Translations under genes and position numbers: made by a program
Part shown: positions 16,392-25,688 of the stretch, one piece after another
Layout: each line of letters starts with the position of its first letter
Position numbering within the stretch: the first letter of the stretch is position 1
Source: a virus
Virus record (IMG/VR): IMGVR_UViG_3300012944_000024
Span: 1 to 64,000 of that record
Reading direction: 5' to 3' (one strand)
DNA length: 64,000 nucleotides
The notes under the pieces: generated by a model
What the model saw: only the letters and a program-made list of their open reading frames with translations
Database searches by the model: none
Told to the model about the DNA's origin: nothing

Positions 16392-19169
16392 CTATGCCGC
16401 CGTCTCCTTCGCGCGCTCGACCGCCGCGACCAGCTCGGGTGAGACCGCCACGAGCAACCCGATCTCCACCGGCCTATCCCCCGCCCTCATCACCACCGGG
16501 CGCGAACCCGGGTGCTCGCGCAGCACCGCCTTCACCCGCAGCCGCATCTGCGCGTCGGCCCGCTCGTCGCCCGTCTCGGGCAGCTCGACCACGAAGGGTC
16601 CGTCGAGCGCGGCGGTCGCGCTCATCGCGGGAGGCGGGGCGAAGAGATCGGACTGCGCGGCGTTTCTCTTTCGCCTCTGGGAACCCGGGTTCCCAACGAC
16701 CCCGGCGAGCTCGCCCTGCCCGGCCTTGACCGCCTTCTCCCACGTCTTTTTCGGGCGCGTCTTGTCGTACCCGCTCCAGTCGTAGTGGGGGAAGGCGGCG
16801 TCGACGAGCGCGCGCGTCGGCTTCCACACCGCGTCCCAGAGGTAGTGGCGATCGAGCTCGCCCACGTAGTCGGCCGCCGGGATCACCTTCTGCGGGCTCT
16901 CGGTCGCGTCGACCACGACGTACGAGACCCGCGTGCCCTCGTCGACCATCTCGCCGCGCTTCTTGAGCTCGCGCCCCACCCGCACGTGCACCGACTCGGC
17001 CATCGGGGTCCCGTCCTTCTTCACCTTCTGGCTCTTCTCGAACTCGCGCAGCGACTTGCCGAGGGCGGCCGACTGGGCGACCTCCTCGATCGGCAGCGGC
17101 TCGCGGAGCACGTGGTGGAAGTAGCGGTCGACGATCGGGACGAAGTCGCTCGGGTCCTCGCTGCGCTCCTCGAGCAGCTTCTGGATGCACTCGAACTGCA
17201 GCGCGCGCGTCAGCTTGAACGTGTCTCCCCGCTTGTACTCGAACCCTCTTATGTCCGGCTTGCCGCGCGGGGGCGGGAACTGCTCGTGGTGCTTGCCGCA
17301 ATCTCGGCAGGTCATCGTCTTTACGTCGAGCGCACCGGGCTGCTGCTCGCCGTCCTTGACGACGTCGCACGTACAGCTCGCCGTCCCCTTGAAATGTCGA
17401 AAGACGCCCGCGTAGCGCTTCTTCGTCGCCCCCCCGCCACTCTTCTTCACGAAGACCACGCGCTCGTACTCCTTCTCGTAGGCGAGCTCCAGGTGGTTCT
17501 CGACGCACCCGTGCTCGCGAGCGATCCGCGGGTAGAGCTCCTTGTTGCACCACTCGACGAACTCGGCGACCTGCTCGCGCGTGACGTTGCGGAGCATCGC
17601 GGCGTCCGTGTCGCCATAGATCGGATCCATCCCGCGCTCCTGCGCCGCGCTCATCGTCTGGTGGATCAGGTAGACCCCCGTCGTCGAGGTCGACTCCGCG
17701 ACCGCCCGCTTGTGAAACCGCGAGAACACCGAACCGATCACCCCGAACGCGGCGTTCGCAATGACCTTGAACGCCATGCTCATGCGGAACGCCTGCCACC
17801 ACTCGGGGGAGCCAGCAGCCGCCTCCGCCTGCTTCTTGCTCCAGTACTTTCGGAGCTTGCGGACCTCCTTCATGAAGAGCGGCAAGAGACCCGGCACGTC
17901 GGTGCGGAACCCGGCGCGGGTCGCGGGGGCGCGCGAGCAACCCGGCGGGATGGGCCCGTTGATCGGCACGAGCGGCTCGATCGTCTCGGGCGACATGTTC
18001 CACGTCATCTGGATCGACGGGTACATCCCGCTGAAGTCCAGCACGTGTGCGTCCTTGACGATCCCCGTCAGCTTCGGCTCGAGCACGAACGCGCCCGCGA
18101 ACTTCTCGTGCGGCTCGCCCTGCTCCCACACCCGCGTGGGCGCGCGCAGCCCGCGCTCGCCGTAGAGCCGCAAGAGGTACGCGTCGACGTAGCTGGTCGG
18201 GTTGGCGCTCTGCGTGTCCGGGAAGGTCCGAGCGATCTCGCAGATCGCGTCGTTGATGGCGAGGTGGCCGAGCTTCTTCTCGAGCTTCGCGAGCAGCACG
18301 GTGTCGCGCACGCAGTAGCGGAGCATCCGGAGCCGCTCGGGCCCCCCCGCCTCCCACGCCTCCCACGTCTTGCCCGCGTCGAAGTTTCCCTTCCCTTCCT
18401 TCAGATGGATGCGCGCGACGCTCTCGAGCGCGAGGGACTCCTTCTCGTCGCCGCTCTCAGCGGCATTCTTGTTCATCCGTTCGTAGAGGACCATCTGGTC
18501 CATCCAGAGCCACCGGTCGAAGGTCCGGACCTTCGCGCCCAGCGCCTGCGTGCGCAGCTTGACGATCGGGAAGTCGAAGTCGTCGCCGAACCACGCCACC
18601 ACCTGGTCGAACCCGCCGAGCTGCTCCCAGAGCCCCTCGATCAGCTCGCGCTCCGCCTCGTCGCTGTCCTCGCGCAGCACCCGCGCCGATACCACGCGCT
18701 CGTCCTCGTCGACCAGGCTCCAGCACAGCACCCTCGCCTTGCCCCGGCGGGCCACCGCGGGCGGGACCCTGCTGTCGGTCTCGATGTCGAGAAAGACCCG
18801 CCGCGGCTTCTGGATCGTCGCCGGATGGTCGGAGAAGAACCGACGGAACGGATCCACGTCCCCCTCGTAGCTCGCGACGGCGTGCTCCTCGCGCAGCCAC
18901 CTGACGACGTTCGCGCGGTACTCGGGCGCGCGGTAGCGGATGCGCAGGAAGTCCTTCTCGCTCGTGATCCCCGCGACCGCGCTCGCCTCGCGCAGCTGCC
19001 GCAGCTCCGTCGGCTGGATCTCGCCGTGCTTGTGGAAGCTCGACCAGTCCGCGGGACGCCGATGCGCCCCGAGTTTCCCTGCGTCGTCGCGAAAGAGAAG
19101 GACCAGCTCGGAGCCGTCGACGAACCCGTTGACGTAGGCGCGATCGGGCATACGGATCGTGAGGAGCAT
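16392..19169 (-). CDS. polB: Family B DNA polymerase with 3'-5' exonuclease
   Basis: ExoI LDIETD, ExoII FGDDFDFP, ExoIII YCVRD; motif A DFSGMYPS, B KVIANAAFG, C YGDTD, KKRY. Confidence 0.96.
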   Translation of the reverse strand: MLLTIRMPDRAYVNGFVDGSELVLLFRDDAGKLGAHRRPADWSSFHKHGEIQPTELRQLREASAVAGITSEKDFLRIRYRAPEYRANVVRWLREEHAVASYEGDVDPFRRFFSDHPATIQKPRRVFLDIETDSRVPPAVARRGKARVLCWSLVDEDERVVSARVLREDSDEAERELIEGLWEQLGGFDQVVAWFGDDFDFPIVKLRTQALGAKVRTFDRWLWMDQMVLYERMNKNAAESGDEKESLALESVARIHLKEGKGNFDAGKTWEAWEAGGPERLRMLRYCVRDTVLLAKLEKKLGHLAINDAICEIARTFPDTQSANPTSYVDAYLLRLYGERGLRAPTRVWEQGEPHEKFAGAFVLEPKLTGIVKDAHVLDFSGMYPSIQMTWNMSPETIEPLVPINGPIPPGCSRAPATRAGFRTDVPGLLPLFMKEVRKLRKYWSKKQAEAAAGSPEWWQAFRMSMAFKVIANAAFGVIGSVFSRFHKRAVAESTSTTGVYLIHQTMSAAQERGMDPIYGDTDAAMLRNVTREQVAEFVEWCNKELYPRIAREHGCVENHLELAYEKEYERVVFVKKSGGGATKKRYAGVFRHFKGTASCTCDVVKDGEQQPGALDVKTMTCRDCGKHHEQFPPPRGKPDIRGFEYKRGDTFKLTRALQFECIQKLLEERSEDPSDFVPIVDRYFHHVLREPLPIEEVAQSAALGKSLREFEKSQKVKKDGTPMAESVHVRVGRELKKRGEMVDEGTRVSYVVVDATESPQKVIPAADYVGELDRHYLWDAVWKPTRALVDAAFPHYDWSGYDKTRPKKTWEKAVKAGQGELAGVVGNPGSQRRKRNAAQSDLFAPPPAMSATAALDGPFVVELPETGDERADAQMRLRVKAVLREHPGSRPVVMRAGDRPVEIGLLVAVSPELVAAVERAKETAA
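16679..16694. repeat. 16-bp palindrome copy 4
   Basis: Exact; in PolB linker (GNPGS). Confidence 0.98.
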
Positions 19170-19336
19170 TCCTCGCCTCGATCTTCTTCTTGCTCACCCC
19201 GCGCTCGACCATCGCGAACACACGCGACCGCTCCTTCGGACCGTACTTCTCGGATCGACCAATCGCACCGCCTTCTCCTTCAATGCCTCTGTCTTCGTCA
19301 TCTCCCGTTCTCCTTTCGGATGCGCTCGGCACCCTG

Positions 19337-20266
19337 TCAACTCCCGATATCCAGCCCAAACTGCGCGGTCCTCTCCATCGCGACCTTCGCGTATGCCGGA
19401 TTGGACTCGATGAGCGTCGCCGACCTCCCCAGGCTCACCGCCGCGCGCCCCGTCGTCCCGCTCCCACCGAACGGGTCGATCACGTGGTCGCCCGGTCGGC
19501 TCCCCGCGAGGATGCACCGGCGCGGTAGCTCGATCGGAAACGTCGCCGGGTGACCGTCAGGCGACTTGTCGAGCTGGATCTCCCACACCGATCGAGCGTT
19601 GCGACCCGCCTCGGGGCCTGCTGAGAGGTAGAGACCATTGTGCGACCCCCGCCCCGGCGCCTTGCTCGGGACGGGACCCACGACGGTGCGGTGGTGATTA
19701 CCCCAGAGCGCGGTCTCGCGGATCGCGTCGGCGTCGTAGAAGTAAACCTCCGACTTAGCCAGCAGGAACACGTGCTCGTAGTCGAGCGTCGGACGGTCAC
19801 GGACGCTCTCGGGGAGGCAGTTCGGCTTGCGCCACAGCACGTCCGCCCGCAAGTACCACCCGTCCGCGCGGAGCGCAAACGCCACCATCCACGGGACGCC
19901 AACCAGATCCTTTCCCTTGAGACCACTCGGAGTCGGACTCCGAGTCCTCATCGCCCGCGCGGGATTCTTCTTGTCCGCCGCGCGCCACGATCGGTTGCCG
20001 CTCGCGTAGGTGTCGCCGAGGTTGAGCCAGATCGTCCCATCATCGCGAAGCACCCGCCTCACCTTTCGGAAGACGCCCACGAGCTCGTCGACGTACTCCT
20101 CGACCGACTTCTCAAGGCCGATCTGCCCGGCGTGGTCGTAGTCGCGCAACCCCCAGTACGGGGGGCTGGTGACGCAGCATCGGAAACGAGCGGGGGAGAG
20201 CTGCGAGAGTACGTCCCGGCAGTCACCGACCAGGACGATCGACTCCGGGGGCCTTCGTTGCCTCAC
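19337..20266 (-). CDS. N4-cytosine DNA methyltransferase, SmaI/XmaI/Cfr9I-like (predicted CCCGGG)
   Basis: CCVTSPPYWGLRDY, SGNRSWRAADKKNPARAM, PESVRDRP, HPATFP, IDPFGGSGTT; specificity inferred from recalled family sequence. Confidence 0.88.
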   Translation of the reverse strand: MRQRRPPESIVLVGDCRDVLSQLSPARFRCCVTSPPYWGLRDYDHAGQIGLEKSVEEYVDELVGVFRKVRRVLRDDGTIWLNLGDTYASGNRSWRAADKKNPARAMRTRSPTPSGLKGKDLVGVPWMVAFALRADGWYLRADVLWRKPNCLPESVRDRPTLDYEHVFLLAKSEVYFYDADAIRETALWGNHHRTVVGPVPSKAPGRGSHNGLYLSAGPEAGRNARSVWEIQLDKSPDGHPATFPIELPRRCILAGSRPGDHVIDPFGGSGTTGRAAVSLGRSATLIESNPAYAKVAMERTAQFGLDIGS

Positions 20267-21507
20267 TCGCCCGGGACGATCCGCTTCACATCGAGCTTCG
20301 CGATCAGCTCCCCCGCCGCATTGCGACCGATGTGGATGTAGACGCGCACGTCGTTGACCAGCTCCCAGACCCCGTAGGGGACGTCGGCGATCTGCTTGGC
20401 CGGCACGCGCTCCTCGGTGCGGTGGGCGGGCCGCTTGTAGAGCCTGACCATGTGCTTGCCCTCGACCGCCGCGACGGTGATCGCGTTGGTCGGGGCGAGC
20501 TTGCCCCGCGCGAGCGCCTTCTTGGCCTTCTTCTTGTCCCTACCGGGCGTCTGCGAGTGGATCCCCTTGCGACCCGCCTGCTGCTCGAGCTCGCGCCGCC
20601 CCACCTCGGGATTGCTTCGCAACTTGTCGAGCAGCTCCTGCTGGAGCTCCTTGTCGTCGATCGAGATGACCAGACGCATCTTGGTCGGACCGATCTGCCT
20701 CGCTTCGTCTTCACTGAATGCGTGCGCGATCCGCTGCAGGTCTTGCGCGTATTTGCGACCCATCCCGAGCTCCGCTCGCGCAAAGTCCTCAAGCTTCGTG
20801 TACGCGGTCTTCCCATCGGGCGTCTTCCTAGACTTCCAGATCTCATTCACTCCGATCTCGTTTAGCTTCCTGCCGATGAGGAAGATGTTGATCCTCGCGT
20901 TTCGCTGCAGCTCGCGGATCTCGGAGACCGCGAAATCCAAGTCGCCCGCCGGCACCAATTCCGCCACCGCCTCGACAGTCGACTCGTGCACGAGCGCGCG
21001 CGTCCCCGTCTCCTCGGGCGCTTCAACCTCTCCCCCATCTTCGTTCTCGTTCTTACCGTCGCCGGGATTGTCGGCCACCTGGTCGCTCTCGTCGTGATCC
21101 CCGCAGAAGGGGCACGCGTCGAAGTCGTGCATGGTCGAGACCCCACCGCACTGGTCGCACGGCGAGACCGCCTGCTTGGCCTTGGCGAAGTGTTCCTTCA
21201 GCGCCAGGACGAGCTCGGGAAGGGTGGCCTTCTTGCTGACCTTCAGCTTGAGCTTGGCGATCGCCAGCCCAATCGCTGCCGGCTCGAGCTTGCTCTCCTC
21301 GATCCCGTGCACGTACTGGATCTCGTTCGTCGCGGCTGCCGTCTTGATCGGCGTGACCTTACCCATGGCGTCGTCCTTTTCTTCTTCCTGCGCCGGCGGC
21401 GCATCCGTCCCTTCTACCGCACCCGCACCGTGGCATCCGCACTCCTCGATCGGCTTGTCGCAATCGAGGCACCGCGCCGCACCCAACCACTCCGGCATCT
21501 TGCTCAT
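20263..21507 (-). CDS. Putative DNA-binding protein (Zn motifs plus DUF3102/ParB-HTH-like region)
   Basis: CxxC motifs; IFLIGRKLNEI...LEDFARAELGMGRKYAQDLQRIA...IGPTKM. Confidence 0.6.
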   Translation of the reverse strand: MSKMPEWLGAARCLDCDKPIEECGCHGAGAVEGTDAPPAQEEEKDDAMGKVTPIKTAAATNEIQYVHGIEESKLEPAAIGLAIAKLKLKVSKKATLPELVLALKEHFAKAKQAVSPCDQCGGVSTMHDFDACPFCGDHDESDQVADNPGDGKNENEDGGEVEAPEETGTRALVHESTVEAVAELVPAGDLDFAVSEIRELQRNARINIFLIGRKLNEIGVNEIWKSRKTPDGKTAYTKLEDFARAELGMGRKYAQDLQRIAHAFSEDEARQIGPTKMRLVISIDDKELQQELLDKLRSNPEVGRRELEQQAGRKGIHSQTPGRDKKKAKKALARGKLAPTNAITVAAVEGKHMVRLYKRPAHRTEERVPAKQIADVPYGVWELVNDVRVYIHIGRNAAGELIAKLDVKRIVPGE

Positions 21508-21524
21508 CGGTCGCCCCTGCCCCG

Positions 21525-22334
21525 TTATGCCGCGACCGAAGTCGCCGCCGGTTGGATCGCCACCTCAACGGGGCGCCGGAACGGCCCCGCCAGCGCCCTC
21601 ACCCAGAGCGGCTCGGGCTCGACCATCTCGAAGAGCTCGTCGGGCGGGTAGGGGGTCGCGTCGTCCTCCCCGGTGAGCCCCACCACCACGTCGCGCACGA
21701 TCCGCCGGGCCTGCCGGAGATCCCCCGCCCCGCACTCGACCCGCGCGGCGTAGGAGCACCAGATCTGCTCCGCCGCCCCGTCCACGCTCCCCTCCGCCCT
21801 CTGGAGCGCCAGGAGCACCAGCGCCTCGCGCACCGTCTCGGAGCCCGCCAGGTAGGCCGCAAAGGCCCGCTCCGTCGCGATCCGCTCGACCGGGTCGACC
21901 GACTCACCAGGCAGGCGCGACTCGAAGTCCCCGCGCCGCTCGTCGTCCTTTCGGGCCAGGCTGGAGAAGCACCGCTCGAACCGCCCTGGGTTCTTCGCCT
22001 CGTTGCCGGAGAGCTTGGCGTTTCTCCACTTGTGGATCTGCCGCTGCGCGCGCCGCGTCGCGCACCACACGATGTACCCCCCGTAGCTGCCGCGCTCAGT
22101 CACCCGCTTGGGGTTGCATTTCTTGACGTACTGGATCGCCAGCAGCATCAGGGCCTGCTGCACGTCCTCGGGCCCCACGTCCATCGGCAGCTTGCGCCGC
22201 CACCGCCGCCAGAGCCGCGCCGTCACCATCTGCCAGGTGCGCATGGTGCGCCTCAAGAACTCGTTGTCGTCGATCTCGCCCGCGACCCGCGCGCGCGCCG
22301 CATCCTCGAACGTCTCGTCACCTTTCCTCATCAC
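21525..22334 (-). CDS. Phage sigma-70-like factor (region 2-like)
   Basis: EDVQQALMLLAIQYVKKCNPKR...SYGGYIVW..TRRAQR; AAGGAGG RBS. Confidence 0.6.
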   Translation of the reverse strand: MMRKGDETFEDAARARVAGEIDDNEFLRRTMRTWQMVTARLWRRWRRKLPMDVGPEDVQQALMLLAIQYVKKCNPKRVTERGSYGGYIVWCATRRAQRQIHKWRNAKLSGNEAKNPGRFERCFSSLARKDDERRGDFESRLPGESVDPVERIATERAFAAYLAGSETVREALVLLALQRAEGSVDGAAEQIWCSYAARVECGAGDLRQARRIVRDVVVGLTGEDDATPYPPDELFEMVEPEPLWVRALAGPFRRPVEVAIQPAATSVAA

Positions 22335-22391
22335 ATCCTCCTTGGCTGTTGAGGGGGGCGAGGCGCTCGGCCCCACCCCCCGGGAATTCAC

Positions 22392-24117
22392 TCACCCGGC
22401 TCGGTCGCTCGCCGTCACCATGTCCGCGCCGCACGTGCAGTGGCTGAGAAGCTCGTTGCACTCGACGCAGCAGTTCTCGTTCGGCGCGAGCCAGGCGGGC
22501 AGCCGGGAACCCGGGTTCCCAGCGCCGAGTTGCTCGGGGTCCGACTGCGCGCCGTCGAGCACCAGGGGGTCGACGGCCGCCGCGTTGATCAGCTGGTCAT
22601 CCGTCGGCTCGACGAAGGGGTAGTCGGGCTCCACCGGCGCGGGCTCCGCGACCCCGTCGAGGAAGTGCGAGCGGTCGACCGTCTTGAGGCCCGCGCGCGT
22701 CGCGAGCTCCGCGACGTGCGAGAAGACCAGGTGGTCGCGCGCCCGCGTCGCCGCCACGTACATCAGACGTCGCTCCTCTTCCTGGTCCCCTCGGGGGTGC
22801 GGGAAGATCGTCTCGTTGCACCCGACCACCCAGACGGTCGGCCATTCGAGACCCTTGGATCGATGAATGCTCATCAGGGTGAGTGAGTTGTCGCGCTTGC
22901 CCCGCTTCTGCCGGGCGCTCTCGAGGACGTTCTGGTCGACGTAGTCGAGCAGCTCGCCGACCGTCTTGAACGCCTGAGCGACCCGGAGCAGCTCGCGCAC
23001 GTTCGCGCCGTGCGAGCTGTCGACGCTGTCCTCCGCCCCCTCCTCCTTCTCGATGTACTCGATGTAGTGGGTCTGCCGGACGACTTGGTCGAGCACCTCG
23101 TAGGGCCCGCCATCCATCTCGCCGATCCGGCCGATCAGGTCGACCCACTCGTTGGCGCTCTGCACCTGCCGGCGCTGCAGCCCGGCCTGCTGGGTCGCCT
23201 TCGCGACCACGTCGGCCCAGTAGGCGTCCCGGTTGTTCGGGTCCGCCCGGAGCGCCATGACGCGCTCGACGAACTTCGCCCCGAGGAATCGGAAGGGGGC
23301 GTTGATGCATCGGCGGATCCCGTCGCCGTCCTTGTCTCGGTCGAAGGCGACGCGCAGGTAGGCGAGCAAGTCCTTGACCTCCATCACCCACCACCATCAG
23401 GTTGCGGTGCGAGCTCGCGAGAAATGCCTGTAGCTCCTTCTGCACGCGGGAGTTGTCCTGCGCCTCATCGGTGATGACGTACTCGAACCGGTGCGCCCAG
23501 CTCGCGCGCACGACCTCGTCGTCTCGGAGCAGCCGATGCGCGAAGACGAGCATGTCGTCGAACGTCAGCAGCCCGGCCGACTCGATCAGATCCTGCGACG
23601 TCACCCACGCCTGGATCGCCTTGTCGGACTCGCGCCCGAAGCGATTGCGCGCGAGCCCGCTCGCCTCCTCCGAACCAGGCTCGAACGCGTTGGCCTTGCA
23701 GTGCGCGATGAACTTCCGGACGCGCGCGAGATCGGCGCCGATCCAGTTCATGTGCTTGTACCCGAGGGTCTGCTTGACGAAGCTCTTGGCCTTGTCCTTG
23801 TCGTCGACGATCCACGCGCTCGCCGGGTGCTTCTCCTCGCGCAGGATCGACTGGCAGAGCGCGTGCCACGTGTTGCACTTGACGCCCGAGATCCCCAGGT
23901 GCCGGACGCGCGCGTCCATCTCGTCGGCCGCCTTGCGCGAGAAGGTCAGCATCACGATCCGGTCGGGGTCGACCCCCTCCTCGACCATCGCGCCCACGCG
24001 GTGGACGATCGAAAATGTTTTTCCGCACCCCGCCACTGCCAAAACTTGGCACGGACCGGCGCGGTGCCTGACCACCGCAATCTGCTCGGGGTTGAGCCCC
24101 TGCTCGAATCGGCTCAC
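22392..24117 (-). pseudogene. uvrD: UvrD/PcrA (SF1) helicase with internal deletion and frame change at ~23385
   Basis: N-half: LNPEQ, AVAGCGKT, LTFSRKAA, DEAQD, VVGD; C-half in another frame: EVKDLLAYLR, LMSIHRSKGLEW, EERRLMYVAATRAR; motif III tail and motif IV absent. Confidence 0.85.
22505..22520. repeat. 16-bp palindrome copy 5
   Basis: Exact; in UvrD tail (GNPGS). Confidence 0.98.
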
Positions 24118-24368
24118 GAGAACCTCACATGCAATGGCGACCCCGTACGCCTCTTGTACTCTTGCTCACTCACCTGCGCGGCGACCTCCCAGGCGACGTG
24201 GTCAGGGTCGAGCGTGTCGCCGCCCTGCCCGCACGCCAGGTCCCACGCCTCGACCATCGCGGTCGCGTTGACCTCGCCGCACTCGTCGATGAACTTCTCG
24301 ACGTTCGCGACCATCCACCGGCGGATCGCCCGGCCCAGCATCACCCGCGTGTCTTCGTGGCTTGCCAT
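24114..24368 (-). CDS. Hypothetical protein
   Basis: GAGGAGG RBS; GTGA overlap with uvrD. Confidence 0.7.
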   Translation of the reverse strand: MASHEDTRVMLGRAIRRWMVANVEKFIDECGEVNATAMVEAWDLACGQGGDTLDPDHVAWEVAAQVSEQEYKRRTGSPLHVRFS

Positions 24369-24423
24369 CTGGCCTCCTCGGGGTCGCGCTCAGCAACCAC
24401 CTGAAGGAGAGCCTATGGGGACC

Positions 24424-24441
24424 GGACAAGAATGTCCAGTC
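24424..24441. promoter_or_regulatory. Operator-like dyad GGACAAGAATGTCCAGTC
   Basis: Intergenic; matches reverse complement of 34722..34739 at 16/18. Confidence 0.55.
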
Positions 24442-24447
24442 GATTGT

Positions 24448-24975
24448 TTAGCCCGCCTTGGGAACCCGGGCTGTCGGCCCGATTCGCGCGAGAATATCCG
24501 CCGCCAAGCTCGCGATCCGCTCGAGCTTCTCGGTCGTCTTGCCGAGCTGCTCGACGTGCGCGTCGATCGCCCACGCCACCGTCCTCACCACCGCCTCGAC
24601 GTCCTCGAGCAAGAAGTCCTGGTCGGCCGCCGCGGGGGCGACGATGCAGTCGCGCCGCTCGTCGGCGTCGAACGTCCACCGCGCGAACGCCAGCACGCCC
24701 TCCTTGGTCAGCACCAGGGGGGCCTCGCCGGTACCGATCGAGAGGGTCGCGTTGGCCCCCTCGGAGCGTACGCGGATCGCGTAGAAGCGATCGCGCGTGG
24801 CGCCGAGGTTGGGCAGACCGCGCAGGTGCTCACCGTCCAGGGCGTCGACGAGCTTCTCCTCGAGCCTGCGGATCGCGGCGATCACGGTCTCGCGCGCCTC
24901 GTCGCGCGCCGCGATCGTCCGGCCCTGCGCGCCGCGCGCCGCCGCGAGTCGTGCGGCCAGGGAGTCGTCACTCAC
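24448..24975 (-). CDS. Hypothetical protein
   Basis: GTGA overlap; VSDDSLAARL... Confidence 0.7.
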   Translation of the reverse strand: MSDDSLAARLAAARGAQGRTIAARDEARETVIAAIRRLEEKLVDALDGEHLRGLPNLGATRDRFYAIRVRSEGANATLSIGTGEAPLVLTKEGVLAFARWTFDADERRDCIVAPAAADQDFLLEDVEAVVRTVAWAIDAHVEQLGKTTEKLERIASLAADILARIGPTARVPKAG

Positions 24976-25193
24976 GAGGTCACGTCCTTGCGGCCGTAGC
25001 GGACGCTCCGGAGCTCGTCCTTGAGCCCCAAGTCCGAGACCCAGCGGTTGAGGGTGCGGATCGTCACGCCGAACTTCTTGGCCACCTCGGTCATCACGTA
25101 CCCGCACTTCTCGTGCACCTCGACGACGCGACGCTTCGCCTCGCGCGGCTTGCGCCGGACGAGCAAGCCGAACTCTGTATCCCGGAACGCCAT
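24972..25193 (-). CDS. Small HTH (Fis-like) DNA-binding protein
   Basis: GYVMTEVAKKFGVTIRTLNRWVSDLGL. Confidence 0.8.
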   Translation of the reverse strand: MAFRDTEFGLLVRRKPREAKRRVVEVHEKCGYVMTEVAKKFGVTIRTLNRWVSDLGLKDELRSVRYGRKDVTS

Positions 25194-25208
25194 TCTCGAT
25201 GCTCCAGT

Positions 25209-25688
25209 CTATGCCGGGAACGAGTAGGTCGCCCGGACGCGGCCCCGCAGCTCCTGCGCGTATCGGGTGAGATCGTAGCGTCGCATCCACTTGTACACCG
25301 TCGCCCGATCCACCCCCACCCCACGCGCCAGGGCAGCGGGTGAGCCGTGATGCGCCTCGAGCAGCAGGCGCAGCGCCGTCGCCCCATCCTGCCCCTCGGC
25401 GGCGAGGAGGGAGAGGGTGGTTCGCTCGGGCCTCGGGGGGCGCGGGCGGGCGACCGGAGCCGCGGCGGCGCGCGCCCGCTGGCCTTCGGCCACGTACCGC
25501 TCGCAGAGCTCGCGCACATACCCAATGAGCCCGAACCTCTCCGCCCGCCACCACACCGCCTGGCGCGTCATCCCGTACTCGCGCGCCACGTAGAGGACGC
25601 TGCCGTGGTGGCGGGCGAGCAGGTCGCGGAGCAGCGCCGGGGTCGCGGCCACGCGCGCCCAGCGCTTGAACCTCTCGGTCCGCCTCAC
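25209..25688 (-). CDS. Tandem Fis-like HTH protein
   Basis: HHGSVLYVAREYGMTRQAV and HHGSPAALARGVGVDRATVYKWM. Confidence 0.8.
   Translation of the reverse strand: MRRTERFKRWARVAATPALLRDLLARHHGSVLYVAREYGMTRQAVWWRAERFGLIGYVRELCERYVAEGQRARAAAAPVARPRPPRPERTTLSLLAAEGQDGATALRLLLEAHHGSPAALARGVGVDRATVYKWMRRYDLTRYAQELRGRVRATYSFPA

Noticed and set aside
22597-23385. Programmed frameshift restoring UvrD
   Set aside because: A shift alone cannot supply the missing motif III-IV region, and no slippery heptamer is present
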